A stretch of 62,923 bases of DNA, the filler included. It is 4 parts of 4 records of this genome, joined end to end, with 100 filler letters (N's around TTAATTAATTAA, not from the genome) between each part and the next. Parts side by side here need not be neighbours in the genome. Positions count along the whole stretch, not along the records: positions 1 to 11,447 come from SRR20825010_3646; 3 more parts are not named here. One strand, written 5' to 3'. Positions 1 through 10,746 of the stretch are shown here, one piece after another; positions within the stretch are counted from its first letter, which is position 1; each line of letters opens with the position of its first letter. The position numbers were made by a program, and so were the translations under genes. Under the pieces are notes generated by a model. That model searched no databases. It was not told the origin of the DNA and saw only the letters and a list, made by a program, of their open reading frames with translations.

Positions 1-1341
1 CACCGGCAACATGAAGGCACAGCTTGCGGCCATGGCCGTGGGGGCCGCGAGCATGATGGGGTCGATATTCGCGGTAGTTGCGAGCGCCCCCAGCACGGGC
101 ACCAACGCCGCCGTAGTTGCTGTGTTGCTGGTGAGCTCTGTGAGGAAAATCACCATACCAACAATCGCGAGCATGATGAGGAAAAGGTGTGCTGTTGCCA
201 GGCCGCTCATGGCTTCCCCGGCCCAAATGGCGAGGCCCGTGGCCTTGATGGCCGCTGCCAGGCTTAGACCACCACCAAACAGAAGGATAACCCCCCAAGG
301 CAGGGTGACCGTACGTTCCCAATCGAGGAGCGCTTCGCCTTTTTTGTCAGAGCCCGCAGGCACCAGAAACATGGCAAGCCCGGCGGCGACAGCAATATGC
401 ATGTCAGACAGTTTGGCGACAAAAGGCAGCAGGTTTGTGAGCGGCTCGAAATCCACCAGAATTTGCCGGAAGCTCCACATAAACGCCATTGCGGCCATAA
501 TGATGGCAACGCGTTTTTCGGGTGTGGTGGTTTTGCCCATGGCCTCCAGCTCAGCCTGCACCACGCCGTGCCCGCCGCGTACTTCATCTACCTTGAAACG
601 GAAGCAGATTTTGGTGAGCACAAGCCACGCCAGAGGAACCATCACCGCCACGATCGGGATGGCAAAGGCCATCCACTCAAGAAAGAGAATCTCACGCCCG
701 GTTTGTTGTAGGATAAAACCTTTCACAAACAGGTTGGGCGGTGTGCCGATATAGGTGCCAAGCCCGCCGATGGAGGCGGCCCACGCACTACCAATAAGGA
801 GCGCAATGGTGAAACGGTGGCCTGCCGCTTTTTCGCGCAAAATCGTGTCGGCCACCGTAATGGCAATGGGCACGATCATAAGCGTGGTTGCGGTGTTTGA
901 AATCCACATGGAAAGAAGCGCACTTGCCGCCATAAAACCGCCGATCAGGGCGGCCGGGTGGTCCCCTACACGCGCGAGAATGTTAAGCGCGATACGGCGG
1001 TGCAGGTTCCAGCGCTGCATGCCCATGGCGGCAATAAAACCGCCGAGCAGCAGGAAGATCACAGGTTCCGCATACGGCCATGACGCTTCTTTGGATGTTG
1101 CGATGCCAAGGGTCGGCAGTAATACAAGCGGTAACAGGCTGGTTGCAGGCACAGGGATGGCTTCAGTGGCCCACCATGTTGCCATCAGGCTTGCAACCGC
1201 AACAGTACGCCACGCAATGGGGGGCAAACCTTCAGGGGCAGGCGAATAAAGGATGATGAAAAACAGGACCGGTCCCAACAGGAGGCCGATTGTCTGATAC
1301 ATGGCCCGGCCCGGCGCATCGCCCATGGATGCTGCGCTCAT
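1..1341 (-). CDS. DASS/SLC13 family sodium:dicarboxylate/sulfate symporter (3' end runs off the window)
   Basis: Not in the ORF track because it is open at the edge. My minus-strand translation from ATG 1341 (GGAG upstream) reads MSAASMGDAPGRAMYQTIGLLLGPVLFFIILYSPAPEGL..WWATEAIPVPATSL, then the SLC13 motifs SMWISNTATT and GTPPNL. Confidence 0.88.
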   Translation of the reverse strand, partial: MSAASMGDAPGRAMYQTIGLLLGPVLFFIILYSPAPEGLPPIAWRTVAVASLMATWWATEAIPVPATSLLPLVLLPTLGIATSKEASWPYAEPVIFLLLGGFIAAMGMQRWNLHRRIALNILARVGDHPAALIGGFMAASALLSMWISNTATTLMIVPIAITVADTILREKAAGHRFTIALLIGSAWAASIGGLGTYIGTPPNLFVKGFILQQTGREILFLEWMAFAIPIVAVMVPLAWLVLTKICFRFKVDEVRGGHGVVQAELEAMGKTTTPEKRVAIIMAAMAFMWSFRQILVDFEPLTNLLPFVAKLSDMHIAVAAGLAMFLVPAGSDKKGEALLDWERTVTLPWGVILLFGGGLSLAAAIKATGLAIWAGEAMSGLATAHLFLIMLAIVGMVIFLTELTSNTATTAALVPVLGALATTANIDPIMLAAPTAMAASCAFMLPV

Positions 1342-1560
1342 AAATCATCTCCCCCGAGATTGGTGTTGCTAGCCTGTCTTCCCCGCACTGGGTCTTCCCT
1401 GCACTGGATAGCGGACTGACGAAGACCTGTGAAGAGAAACTTGGTAGGCGCCGTCTCAACAGGTGATGCGCGATGTAGCAAACTGCTTTCAGCCGTAACA
1501 TTTCCTTGTGTGTGACGCGCGCTTTTGTATGCTGCTTTTCAGACATTGAGGGAGGATATC

Positions 1561-3372
1561 GTGTCCATCAGAAAAATAGTGGGGCTGCTGTTTCTGGCGC
1601 TCCTGATAATCGGCGGTGTATGGCTGGCCAAGCTTGTGTGGTTCAAGCCTTTCAGCTTTGATCATTTCCAGACCCGGGTGGTGGTTGAGAGCGGGCTTGA
1701 TAGTCCGCAAACCATGTCGGGTCTTCGCATGCTGGAACCATACGGCATCACCTCGCACAACGGCGAGTTGGACGATATTTCGCTCGAGCATGACGCCGAA
1801 CAGATGGCGGCGGTGAAGGAAAATTTTGAAACCCTGATGTCATACAGCGATGCGAGCCTCACGCCCGCACAGCGCTTCAACAAGCGGCTTATGGCTTATG
1901 GTATGGAGCAGACCATCCGTAATGAACGGTTCGCCCATTATAACTACCCGTTGACCCAGCTTTATGGTTGGCAAAATGGCATCTCCAGCTTCATGACCGG
2001 CACCCATTCGGTGACGGATATTGAAGAAGCGGAATATTATAATGCGCGCCTTCGCAAGATACGCACCCAGTATGAACAGTTGATGGGGCAGCTCAAGAAG
2101 CGGGAAGAAATGGGCATCGTTCCGCCAAAGTTCATTCTACAGAAGGTTGAAAACCAACTGCGTCCGTTCATCACAGACAAAGCGATCGACAACGCCTTCT
2201 ATAAGGCATTAAGCGCCAAGCTGAATGAGCTTGAAGATGTGTCGGATGAAGAAAAGGCTCGCGTGTTGGCTGAGACTGAAGCGGCGATTAATGAGGTGGT
2301 ATTCCCTGTTTGGGCAGAGCTTCTTGATTATACGGTGCAGCTCAAGAATATCGCCACAAATGAAGCGGGCGTCTGGAAACTGCCGGACGGTGCCGCTTAT
2401 TATCAGACCCAGCTTGAAGCGCATACCACCACAAAAATGACGGCGGATGAAATTCATGCGCTTGGTATTTCGGAAGTGGAACGCATCGAGGCTGAGATGC
2501 TCGCGCTTCTTGAGGAAGAAGGGTATGATACCTCATTGCCGTTTGATGAAATCCTCAACGCCTATACGGCGGAAGACCGGCACTATTACCCTGACACCGA
2601 TGAAGGCCGTCAGCAGATTTTGGCAGACTATACAGCACTTATTCGCGAGATTGAGGCAGGCATTGCCGACCAGTTCAATCGCACACCAAAAGCGCCGGTT
2701 GAGGTGGTGCGGGTGCCTGTATTTATCGAGCAGGGCGCGCCGGGGGGGTACTACGATGCACCCGCGTTTGACGGCAGCCGGCCGGGCCGTTTTTACGCCA
2801 ACCTCTATGACATCAAGGGCACGCCAAAATTTGGCATGCGGGCGCTGACCTACCATGAAGCGGTGCCGGGGCATCACTATCAGATCGCACTGCAGCTTGA
2901 GCAGGAAGACCTGCCCATGTTCCGCAAGTTTATGCATTACGGCGCATATACCGAAGGCTGGGCGCTTTATTCAGAGCGTGTGGCGGCTGAGATGGGTTTC
3001 CTGAAAACAAACGCCGACAAAATTGGTGCGTTGCAGTCTGAAATGTTCCGTGCTGTCCGCCTTGTGGTGGATACGGGTATCCATTCCAAACGTTGGACCC
3101 GTGAGCAGGCGATTGATTATATGATTGCCAAAACGGGCATGGGACAAACCGATGTCGTGACCGAAATTGAACGCTACATCGTGTGGCCGGGGCAGGCCTG
3201 TGGCTACAAGATCGGTCAACTGACGATCCTGCGCTTGCGGGACAAGGCGCGCGAAGCACTTGGCGACAAGTTCGATATTCGTGAGTTCCACGATATTGTG
3301 CTGATGGGAGGCTCGGTGCCGCTCACTGTACTTGAAGGACAGGTGGACGCCTATATCGCCTCTAAAGGTTGA
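1561..3372 (+). CDS. DUF885-family membrane-anchored protein (putative zinc metallopeptidase)
   Basis: GTG start after GAGGAGGA; N-terminal TM helix; HEAVPGHH, EGWALYSE and PGQACGYKIG motifs typical of DUF885. Confidence 0.88.
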   Translation: MSIRKIVGLLFLALLIIGGVWLAKLVWFKPFSFDHFQTRVVVESGLDSPQTMSGLRMLEPYGITSHNGELDDISLEHDAEQMAAVKENFETLMSYSDASLTPAQRFNKRLMAYGMEQTIRNERFAHYNYPLTQLYGWQNGISSFMTGTHSVTDIEEAEYYNARLRKIRTQYEQLMGQLKKREEMGIVPPKFILQKVENQLRPFITDKAIDNAFYKALSAKLNELEDVSDEEKARVLAETEAAINEVVFPVWAELLDYTVQLKNIATNEAGVWKLPDGAAYYQTQLEAHTTTKMTADEIHALGISEVERIEAEMLALLEEEGYDTSLPFDEILNAYTAEDRHYYPDTDEGRQQILADYTALIREIEAGIADQFNRTPKAPVEVVRVPVFIEQGAPGGYYDAPAFDGSRPGRFYANLYDIKGTPKFGMRALTYHEAVPGHHYQIALQLEQEDLPMFRKFMHYGAYTEGWALYSERVAAEMGFLKTNADKIGALQSEMFRAVRLVVDTGIHSKRWTREQAIDYMIAKTGMGQTDVVTEIERYIVWPGQACGYKIGQLTILRLRDKAREALGDKFDIREFHDIVLMGGSVPLTVLEGQVDAYIASKG

Positions 3373-3393
3373 TAGGCCGAACAGAGAATTTGG

Positions 3394-3420
3394 AAGGGGG
3401 CCAGGGTTGGCCCCCTTTTT
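3394..3420 (+). terminator. Rho-independent terminator
   Basis: AAGGGGGCCA-GGGT-TGGCCCCCTT followed by Ts, just after the DUF885 stop. Confidence 0.8.
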
Positions 3421-3543
3421 CATTATTCTACGGTTGGTTTAAATGCTGACCGCCGACCAGATTTCATCTAGATTGGTGCTGAAGGGTGGAGGGGAAAGTT
3501 TCTGAGCCAGAAAACCGATAGCGATTCCAGTGCGAGAGTAGCC

Positions 3544-5331
3544 GTGTTTGCGGCGCAAAACGATGCTGTGAAGCGTGCCCTTGACGGCATCTATCTGCAG
3601 CAGTTGCGAACGATTGTTGCGGTTGTCGCTGGATACTATCTGTTTTTGGCGATCGCCCACCAGTTTTTCCTGCCTCCTGAAATTCGGGGTACGCTTACCG
3701 GGCTCGCGCTTATTACTGCCTTTGTCAGCGGCGCGACATATGCGCTGGCTCGGTTAGGCAAAATCAGTGCCCGGATGAGCCATCTGGCTTTTGTGCCTGC
3801 AGGGCTGCTTGGGGTAACAAACGTCTATAGCCATATTGCGCTGACAGGTGACATCCTGCAGATGACCAACGCCGTGCTCGCGCTCATGGTGTTCGGGTTT
3901 GTAACCCTCAGCCCGTTTGTATATTTTTCGCTGACCAGTATTTCCGTCGTACTTTATATTTTCTGCCTGATGGATCTTGGTGGTGAGGAAGCCGGGCATT
4001 TTGCTTTTTTCCTCCTGCCGGCTTTTATGCTTGGGCTTTTGTGTTTTGCCCAGCGATACCGCACGCTTATTCATATTGAGCGCATGCGGTTAACCGACAG
4101 GCAAAAGAGCGACCAGTTGAAGGCTCTGAACGCTTCCGTCACCGAACAGATGCAGGAGGCCACAAGAGTCGCAGAAGAAGCACGGCGTGCGAACGAGTCC
4201 AAAGGTATCTTTCTCGCCAACACCAGCCATGAGTTGCGTACGCCGCTGACCGGTGTGCTTGGCATGATGAACTTGCTCGGACGCACCAAGCTGGATAGTG
4301 AACAACAGGAATTGGTGGAGGCCGCGCAGGTCAGTGCCAAAACGCTGCTCACGCTTATCAATGATATCCTTGACCTCGCCAAGCTGGATGAAGGCAAGCT
4401 GGAACTGAAAAACCAGCCGTTTGATGTTACCGAGACAGTGCGGCGGCTGGTGGACCTTCTTTTGCCGGCTGCACTTGAAAAGGGGTTGAAGCTGAATGTG
4501 CATGTGCCTGATGAGGCGGGCCTGCGCCTTGTGGGTGATCCGGTACGCATCGGGCAGATCCTGCTCAATTTTGTCAGTAACGCGATCAAGTTTACTGAAG
4601 AAGGACAGGTCGAGGTCACCGTAACCCTTGAGGCGGCTGATAGTGCGCTATACCGCCTTGGCTTGCTGGTTGAGGACACAGGTATCGGTTTTGACAAGGA
4701 AGCTGGGGCGAAATTGTTCCAGCGGTTTGAGCAGGTTGATGGTTCTGAGCGCCGCAAGCAGGGCGGCACGGGTCTCGGCCTCGCCATTTGCCGTGAGCTG
4801 TCGGACCTGATGGGAGGCACAATACATGCCGACAGCATGCCGGGTGTTGGCTCGCGCTTCCGCTTTGCCGTGACCCTGCCCAAGGCGGATGGCAGATATG
4901 ATGATACCCCACGAGTGCGTGTGGACAGCGGACGGTTGAGCACGCTCAAGCTCCGTGTTTTGTTGGCGGAAGATAACCGCATCAACCAGATGCTGGTTGA
5001 AAAGCTATTGGCACGATACGCCTGGGATATTGTGATCGTGAACAACGGCCAGGAAGCGGTGACGACAGTTGGCGACGCTGCCGCAGGCGGGCACGGGTTC
5101 GACCTTGTATTGATGGATGTGCGCATGCCTGTGATGGACGGCAAGACGGCTGCTAAAGCGATCCGGGCCATGGACGGCGATGTTGCCAGAGTGCCGATTA
5201 TCGCGCTAACCGCCAACACCATGCCGGAGGACATTGAAACCTACCGCGCCATTGGTATGGACGACGTGGTGGCGAAACCGATCGACATCGACCAGCTTGA
5301 GCAGGCGGTATCCAAACTCTTTCCTGAATAG
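3544..5331 (+). CDS. Hybrid sensor histidine kinase/receiver with multi-TM input domain
   Basis: H-box FLANTSHELRTPL, N-box QILLNFVSNAIKFT, G-boxes DTGIG and GGTGLGL, receiver LLAEDN..LMDVRMP..AKP. Confidence 0.93.
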   Translation: MFAAQNDAVKRALDGIYLQQLRTIVAVVAGYYLFLAIAHQFFLPPEIRGTLTGLALITAFVSGATYALARLGKISARMSHLAFVPAGLLGVTNVYSHIALTGDILQMTNAVLALMVFGFVTLSPFVYFSLTSISVVLYIFCLMDLGGEEAGHFAFFLLPAFMLGLLCFAQRYRTLIHIERMRLTDRQKSDQLKALNASVTEQMQEATRVAEEARRANESKGIFLANTSHELRTPLTGVLGMMNLLGRTKLDSEQQELVEAAQVSAKTLLTLINDILDLAKLDEGKLELKNQPFDVTETVRRLVDLLLPAALEKGLKLNVHVPDEAGLRLVGDPVRIGQILLNFVSNAIKFTEEGQVEVTVTLEAADSALYRLGLLVEDTGIGFDKEAGAKLFQRFEQVDGSERRKQGGTGLGLAICRELSDLMGGTIHADSMPGVGSRFRFAVTLPKADGRYDDTPRVRVDSGRLSTLKLRVLLAEDNRINQMLVEKLLARYAWDIVIVNNGQEAVTTVGDAAAGGHGFDLVLMDVRMPVMDGKTAAKAIRAMDGDVARVPIIALTANTMPEDIETYRAIGMDDVVAKPIDIDQLEQAVSKLFPE

Positions 5332-5498
5332 CGATGTTTATTGAGCCAGCATTGCACCGGCGATAAGCCAGCGCACAAAAGATAACGCCGAAATATTCAG
5401 ATGTCAGTAAAGGCTTAACCTTTGTACGCCAATGTGGGCGTTCGATTTTGCACATTGGGGGTGCAATCCGGAGGGAGGGTGCCATTTCAGGCAACCCA

Positions 5499-7214
5499 AT
5501 GACTAAAGCACAATTGATTGACGCGGAGATGGAGGTCATCGCCTGGCAATATTTGCGGGTGGTGGCGATTGCATTTTGTATTTTCTACCTTCTGCGCGGG
5601 CTCAGTTATCTTTTCATGTTTCCGCCGGAAGTATCGGGTCTTCTTGGTTGGCCAGCTTTATTGAGCGCGGGGTTGAGCGCTCTCGTGTTGTTGCTGCAAA
5701 TTACAGGGCGATTGCCGAAGGCCGCAATAGGAGCGGTGATGGTTGGGGTTGGCGTGTCGCTGATCTTCAATGTTTTTTGGAATCTTTATCTGACAGCAGA
5801 CACCGTTCAGTTCACGAACGCCTGTTTTGCCATCATCGCGTTTGGTCTTGGCACTCTTTCAGCTCCCATATGGCTCGCGCAGGTTGTTGTTTGTCTGATG
5901 TGCTATTTTTATGCGTTGGATATTATGGGGCTCGATACCCGCATCTACACACAAATTGCCGTTTCGGCGGTGACGTTGTCTGCGGTTTCTTTTTTCTTGC
6001 GCGCCCCCACCATAAGGCGACGGGTTGAGCTGCAACTGGAGCTTGAGGAAAAGGCTCGTCACCTTGAGAGAGCGAATAAGGCCAAGGACAGGTTCGTGGC
6101 GAACATGAGCCACGAACTTCGCACTCCGCTGACGGGTGTGTTGGGCATGATGGATCTGCTCAGGGACACAAGGCTTGACCGCGAGCAGACACAGTTTCTT
6201 GATACCGCTCGCACAAGCGCGGATTTCCTTCTCGGGATCATCAATGACGTGTTGGATTATTCAAAGTTGGATGCCGGGAAGATCAAGCTCAAACCCGCGC
6301 CCCTGGATGTGCGGGCCTTGACCGAAAACCTCGCCTCAATGATGCGTGGACAGGCGGAACGGAAGTCCATTTCACTGACCCTGGACCTGCCCAAGGACCC
6401 GGTACCTGTGTCAGCGGATGCTGTGCGTGTGGGGCAGGTTCTTTATAACCTGGTCGGCAATGCGATCAAATTTACCGAGGTGGGCGGGGTAACGATCAGC
6501 CTGGAAGCAAAACAGCAAGCCAACAAGACATGCCTCTTCTGGCAGGTGTGCGACACGGGGGCGGGCATACCGCAAAATCGCATAGCACGTTTGTTCGAGC
6601 GGTTTGAACAGGCAGATGCTTCGGAAACCCGTAATCAGGTTGGGACTGGGCTCGGGTTGGCAATTATCCGGGAACTTCTCGCACTGATGGGGGGCGACGT
6701 CACGGTCGACAGCAAGATCGGGCACGGCACGACTTTTAGTGTCACTCTTTCTTTTGATAGCGTGCCCTTGTCAGCGCTTGTCAGCGAACAGGATGGTTTG
6801 GCGAATAAGGACCAGCCTGAGAAAGCGCAAACTGGTCCGCTTTATATCCTGTTGGCAGAAGACAATCGTGTGAACCAAATGCTCGTCAGCCGCCTTCTAG
6901 AGGCCGGGGGGTGGGAAGTCAAAATTGTACAGGATGGTGAAGCTGCAGTAGCTGCTGCGACCAAAAGTGATCGACCGTTCGACCTTGTCCTGATGGACGT
7001 TCAGATGCCGGTGCTCGACGGTGTGAGCGCAGCACGTATTATCCGTGCCTCGATGAAATCGCCGCCACCAATAATTGCCCTCACTGCGAATACCATGCGA
7101 GATGATGTGGAACGGTATCTGGCGGCCGGTATGGATGCTCATGTCGCCAAGCCGATTGACAGGCAACTTCTGTATCAGACAATTGGTACGGTGATGCAGC
7201 GGAAGGCTGATTAA
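5499..7214 (+). CDS. Hybrid sensor histidine kinase/receiver, tandem paralog of the previous gene
   Basis: FVANMSHELRTPL, NLVGNAIKFT, DTGAG, GTGLGL, receiver LMDVQMP. ATG 5499 preferred over TTG 5448. Confidence 0.92.
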   Translation: MTKAQLIDAEMEVIAWQYLRVVAIAFCIFYLLRGLSYLFMFPPEVSGLLGWPALLSAGLSALVLLLQITGRLPKAAIGAVMVGVGVSLIFNVFWNLYLTADTVQFTNACFAIIAFGLGTLSAPIWLAQVVVCLMCYFYALDIMGLDTRIYTQIAVSAVTLSAVSFFLRAPTIRRRVELQLELEEKARHLERANKAKDRFVANMSHELRTPLTGVLGMMDLLRDTRLDREQTQFLDTARTSADFLLGIINDVLDYSKLDAGKIKLKPAPLDVRALTENLASMMRGQAERKSISLTLDLPKDPVPVSADAVRVGQVLYNLVGNAIKFTEVGGVTISLEAKQQANKTCLFWQVCDTGAGIPQNRIARLFERFEQADASETRNQVGTGLGLAIIRELLALMGGDVTVDSKIGHGTTFSVTLSFDSVPLSALVSEQDGLANKDQPEKAQTGPLYILLAEDNRVNQMLVSRLLEAGGWEVKIVQDGEAAVAAATKSDRPFDLVLMDVQMPVLDGVSAARIIRASMKSPPPIIALTANTMRDDVERYLAAGMDAHVAKPIDRQLLYQTIGTVMQRKAD

Positions 7215-7228
7215 ACCTCGCGGTTTTG

Positions 7229-7257
7229 CTTGACAGTTTACCGTACCATCCTTATGT
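7229..7257 (+). promoter_or_regulatory. Putative sigma70 promoter of the ffh operon
   Basis: CTTGAC-N17-TTATGT, close to the alphaproteobacterial CTTGAC-N17-CTATAT consensus. Confidence 0.55.
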
Positions 7258-7322
7258 AAAGCGCACTTTCCCAAGGGAATGACAGACATATATGCGTCTT
7301 AAACGGTTCGCCCTGAGATGCC

Positions 7323-7351
7323 CACCAGTCAGCGAGTTTCGCCCACTGGTG
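7323..7351 (+). promoter_or_regulatory. Structured ffh 5' leader hairpin
   Basis: CACCAGT/ACTGGTG outer stem enclosing a GCGA-GTT-TCGC inner hairpin, about 70 nt upstream of ffh; an ffh leader RNA is known in Alphaproteobacteria. Confidence 0.45.
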
Positions 7352-7420
7352 CCATTGTTGTTTGGTTCAAGCCTTTGTTGGAAAAGATGAATTTGGAAAA
7401 GATGCAAGGCGATTTTGCTT

Positions 7421-8803
7421 ATGTTTGACAGCTTGTCCGATCGGTTAGGTGGAATTCTCGATGGTTTGAAGCGCCGGGGTGCGCTCAAGGAATCGGATGT
7501 CACCGAAGCGCTCCGCGAAGTGCGGGTGGCCCTTCTGGAGGCTGATGTCGCGCTGCCGGTTGTCAAAGATTTTGTCGCAAAAGTAAAAACCAAAGCTGTT
7601 GGCCACGAAGTGATGAAGTCTGTCACGCCGGGCCAGCAGGTCGTCAAGATCGTCAACGACGAGCTTGTTGCCATGCTGGGCTCTGAAAGCTCGGGCCTCA
7701 ATGTTATTGGCGTGCCGCCGGTTGCCATCCTGATGGTGGGTCTGCAGGGCTCTGGTAAAACCACGACGACCGCGAAGATTGCAAAACGTCTGACCGAGAA
7801 AGACCGCAAGAAGGTCCTGATGGCATCGCTGGACGTGCGCCGCCCGGCCGCGCAAGAGCAACTGAAGATACTCGGTGAGCAAATTGGCGTGAAAACGCTA
7901 CCGATCATCCCGGGTCAGATGCCAGTTGATATCGCTCGCCGGGCGCTGGATGCCGCCAAGCTTCAGGGCTTTGATGTTGTCATGCTTGATACCGCAGGCC
8001 GGTTGCATGTTGACCAGGCCTTGATGGCTGAGGTCGTGGCGGTGCGGAACGCTACGATGCCAACGGAAACGCTTCTGGTGGCAGATAGTCTGACCGGCCA
8101 GGACGCTGTGAATGTGGCGAAAGAATTTGATGCGCAGGTCGGAATTACCGGCGTAGCGCTCACCCGTATGGATGGTGATGGCCGCGGTGGTGCTGCCCTT
8201 TCCATGCGGGCCGTCACTGGCAAGCCGATCAAGCTTGCGGGTACAGGCGAGAAAATGGATGCGCTTGAGGATTTCCATCCCGAGCGGGTTGCAGGCCGTA
8301 TCCTTGGCATGGGCGACGTTGTCAGCCTTGTTGAGAAAGCGTCTGAGACTATTGAAAAAGAAGACGCCGAGAAGATGGCCAAGAAAATGGCCAAAGGCGA
8401 GTTTGACCTTGATGACTTGCGCACGCAGTTGCAGCAGATGTCAAAGATGGGTGGCATGAAAGGTGTTCTTGGCATGCTGCCCGGTATGGGCAAGCTCAAG
8501 GGCGCGATGAATGCTGGCGTTGATGACAAGGTCTTCAAACGTCAGGAAGCGATCATTTCATCAATGACGGCACAGGAACGCAGGAAACCACAGGTTCTCA
8601 ACGCATCCCGCAAGAAGCGTGTTGCAGCGGGTTCCGGTACAAGCGTGCCTGAGGTGAACAAGCTTCTCAAGATGCATATGCAGATGGCGAAGATGATGAA
8701 AAAGATGTCCCGTATGGGCAAGAAGGGCGGCATGCCCGGAATGCCAGGTATGGGTGGAATGCCGGGTGGAATGCCGCCGGGCTTTGACAAGTTGTTCTCA
8801 TAA
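7421..8803 (+). CDS. ffh: Signal recognition particle protein
   Basis: MFDSLSDRL start, GLQGSGKTTT, DTAGR, Met-rich M domain. Confidence 0.98.
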   Translation: MFDSLSDRLGGILDGLKRRGALKESDVTEALREVRVALLEADVALPVVKDFVAKVKTKAVGHEVMKSVTPGQQVVKIVNDELVAMLGSESSGLNVIGVPPVAILMVGLQGSGKTTTTAKIAKRLTEKDRKKVLMASLDVRRPAAQEQLKILGEQIGVKTLPIIPGQMPVDIARRALDAAKLQGFDVVMLDTAGRLHVDQALMAEVVAVRNATMPTETLLVADSLTGQDAVNVAKEFDAQVGITGVALTRMDGDGRGGAALSMRAVTGKPIKLAGTGEKMDALEDFHPERVAGRILGMGDVVSLVEKASETIEKEDAEKMAKKMAKGEFDLDDLRTQLQQMSKMGGMKGVLGMLPGMGKLKGAMNAGVDDKVFKRQEAIISSMTAQERRKPQVLNASRKKRVAAGSGTSVPEVNKLLKMHMQMAKMMKKMSRMGKKGGMPGMPGMGGMPGGMPPGFDKLFS

Positions 8804-8894
8804 GAGGTCGCCAACCTCACCGGGAATTGTTTTAAAACTTGAGAATACGTCCGGCAACGCCCGCGAGGCCCCGGACATCTGAAAGGAAAATAAA

Positions 8895-9341
8895 ATGGCT
8901 GTTGCAATTCGTCTTGCCCGTGGTGGCGCTAAGAAACGTCCTTACTACCGTATCGTAGTTGCGGACACACGCGCTCGCCGCGATGGTAAATTCATCGAGA
9001 AAATTGGCCATTACAACCCAATGCTCGAAAAAGACGACGAGAACCGTGTAAGCTTTGACGCTGAGCGTGTGAAGCACTGGCTCGGTGAAGGCGCGAAGCC
9101 ATCCGACCGTATTGCTCGTTTCCTCGAAGCTGCTGGTATCCTCGAAGCTAAAACCCGTAATAACCCAAACAAGGGCACGCCGGGCCAGCGCGCTCTCGAC
9201 CTGATCGAAGAGAAAAAAGCGAAAGCTGAAGCTGCTGCGGAAGCCGCTAAAGAAGCAGAAGAAGCAGCAAAAGCTGCGGCTGCTGCTCCTGCTGCGGAAG
9301 AAGCACCAGTTGAAGAAGCTAAAGAAGAAGCTGCTGAGTAA
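8895..9341 (+). CDS. rpsP: 30S ribosomal protein S16 with Ala/Glu-rich tail
   Basis: [20 protein letters not shown]; canonical position after ffh. Confidence 0.98.
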   Translation: MAVAIRLARGGAKKRPYYRIVVADTRARRDGKFIEKIGHYNPMLEKDDENRVSFDAERVKHWLGEGAKPSDRIARFLEAAGILEAKTRNNPNKGTPGQRALDLIEEKKAKAEAAAEAAKEAEEAAKAAAAAPAAEEAPVEEAKEEAAE

Positions 9342-9358
9342 TCACAGCACGATGATCC

Positions 9359-9394
9359 ATGCCCGGTACAGATGTGCCGGGCATGCTCATTTTT
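9359..9394 (+). terminator. Intercistronic hairpin or weak terminator after rpsP
   Basis: ATGCCCGGTACA-GA-TGTGCCGGGCAT with a T-run shortly after. Confidence 0.5.
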
Positions 9395-9408
9395 AAGGGT
9401 ATGCCAAA

Positions 9409-10026
9409 ATGGCTTCCGGGGCTCATGAACGCGCACAGCGCGGTGTTGAGGATGGTTGGATCTGCGTGGGTGCCTTATCGGGCGCGCACGGGGTGCGCGG
9501 CGACGTACGACTGAAGTCCTTCACTGAAGACCCGGAAGCCATTTTCGCATACCCCGCCCTTCATAAGGGTGCCGGGGGTACTAAAATCTCCCTCAAGCGG
9601 TTACGTGCTGACAAAGATGGTTTTATCGCCCGCATTGACGGTGTGACAAACCGTGAAAATGCGCAGGCAATGAAAAGCACCAAGCTTTATGTGCCGCGCG
9701 ACGCATTCGCCCTTGAGGATGAGGACGAGTTCTACCTCGCCGACCTCATTGGCCTCAACGCTTGTGACACGCAGGGTAAAACAGTTGGCTTTGTGCGTGC
9801 TGTTGAGAACTTCGGCTCTGACGACCTTCTGGAGCTGGTGTTGGAGAAGCCTCTGCCGGGCCTTGGCCGATTTGCCTTTATTCCCTTCCGCAAAATTTAT
9901 GTGCCAACCGTAGACTTGAAAGCGGAAACCATCACTATCGCGTTTGATGTCTGGGTCGAAACCCAGGTGAGCGAGCGGGACGGCGATGACGATGAAGGCG
10001 TTGAAAAAACAGGGGAAAACTTATGA
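9409..10026 (+). CDS. rimM: 16S rRNA processing protein RimM
   Basis: [37 protein letters not shown]; synteny. Confidence 0.95.
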   Translation: MASGAHERAQRGVEDGWICVGALSGAHGVRGDVRLKSFTEDPEAIFAYPALHKGAGGTKISLKRLRADKDGFIARIDGVTNRENAQAMKSTKLYVPRDAFALEDEDEFYLADLIGLNACDTQGKTVGFVRAVENFGSDDLLELVLEKPLPGLGRFAFIPFRKIYVPTVDLKAETITIAFDVWVETQVSERDGDDDEGVEKTGENL

Positions 10027-10742
10027 CTCCTGCGTTCACCGCACAGGTGTTGACCTTGTTCCCGGATATGTTCCCGGGCTGCCTTGGCATGTCCTTGGCG
10101 GGCAAGGGCCTTTCAGACGATCTGTGGGCGTTGAAAACACTGGACATTCGCGATTTTTCGAGCGATAAGCACCGCTCGGTTGACGACACCCCCGCGGGTG
10201 GCGGTCCTGGAATGGTGCTTAGAGCAGATATTTTAGGCCGCGCGATAGATGCAGCGCGCGCGGAGGCCAAATCGGAATGGCCACTTGTTTATATGAGCCC
10301 TCGAGGCAAATGCTTCGACCAGAAAGAGGCTCACAGGTGGAAAAATGCAGGCGGTGTAACGCTGCTGTGTGGCCGGTTTGAAGGTGTCGATGAGCGGGTT
10401 TTGGAAGCGCGTGGCGTGGAAGAGATCAGCGTAGGTGATTTTGTGTTGTCTGGCGGTGAACCAGCGGCGCTTGTAATGCTTGATGCGGTTGTTCGCCTGC
10501 TGCCCGGCGTGATGGGCGCGGCAGAGACGCTGGATGAAGAGAGTTTTGAGAGCGGACTCCTAGAGTACCCTCAATACACCAGGCCTCAGGTCTGGGAAGA
10601 TCGGGAAATTCCCGAGGTGCTCACAAGTGGGCACCATGGTCGTGTCGCCCAGTGGCGCCGCGAAAAAGCTGAAGAGTTAACTCGGGTACGCCGGCCGGAT
10701 CTCTGGTCGACCTATGTTCGGGAAAAAAAAGAAAAGGTTTAA
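10023..10742 (+). CDS. trmD: tRNA (guanine37-N1)-methyltransferase
   Basis: [41 protein letters not shown]. Confidence 0.98.
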   Translation: MTPAFTAQVLTLFPDMFPGCLGMSLAGKGLSDDLWALKTLDIRDFSSDKHRSVDDTPAGGGPGMVLRADILGRAIDAARAEAKSEWPLVYMSPRGKCFDQKEAHRWKNAGGVTLLCGRFEGVDERVLEARGVEEISVGDFVLSGGEPAALVMLDAVVRLLPGVMGAAETLDEESFESGLLEYPQYTRPQVWEDREIPEVLTSGHHGRVAQWRREKAEELTRVRRPDLWSTYVREKKEKV

Positions 10743-10746
10743 ACCG

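Noticed and set aside
11-1249. Plus-strand ORFs of 247 and 164 aa
   Set aside because: Antisense shadows of the minus-strand DASS transporter. The same applies to long shadows over the kinase, dnaE, glnS, cysS and aapM genes.
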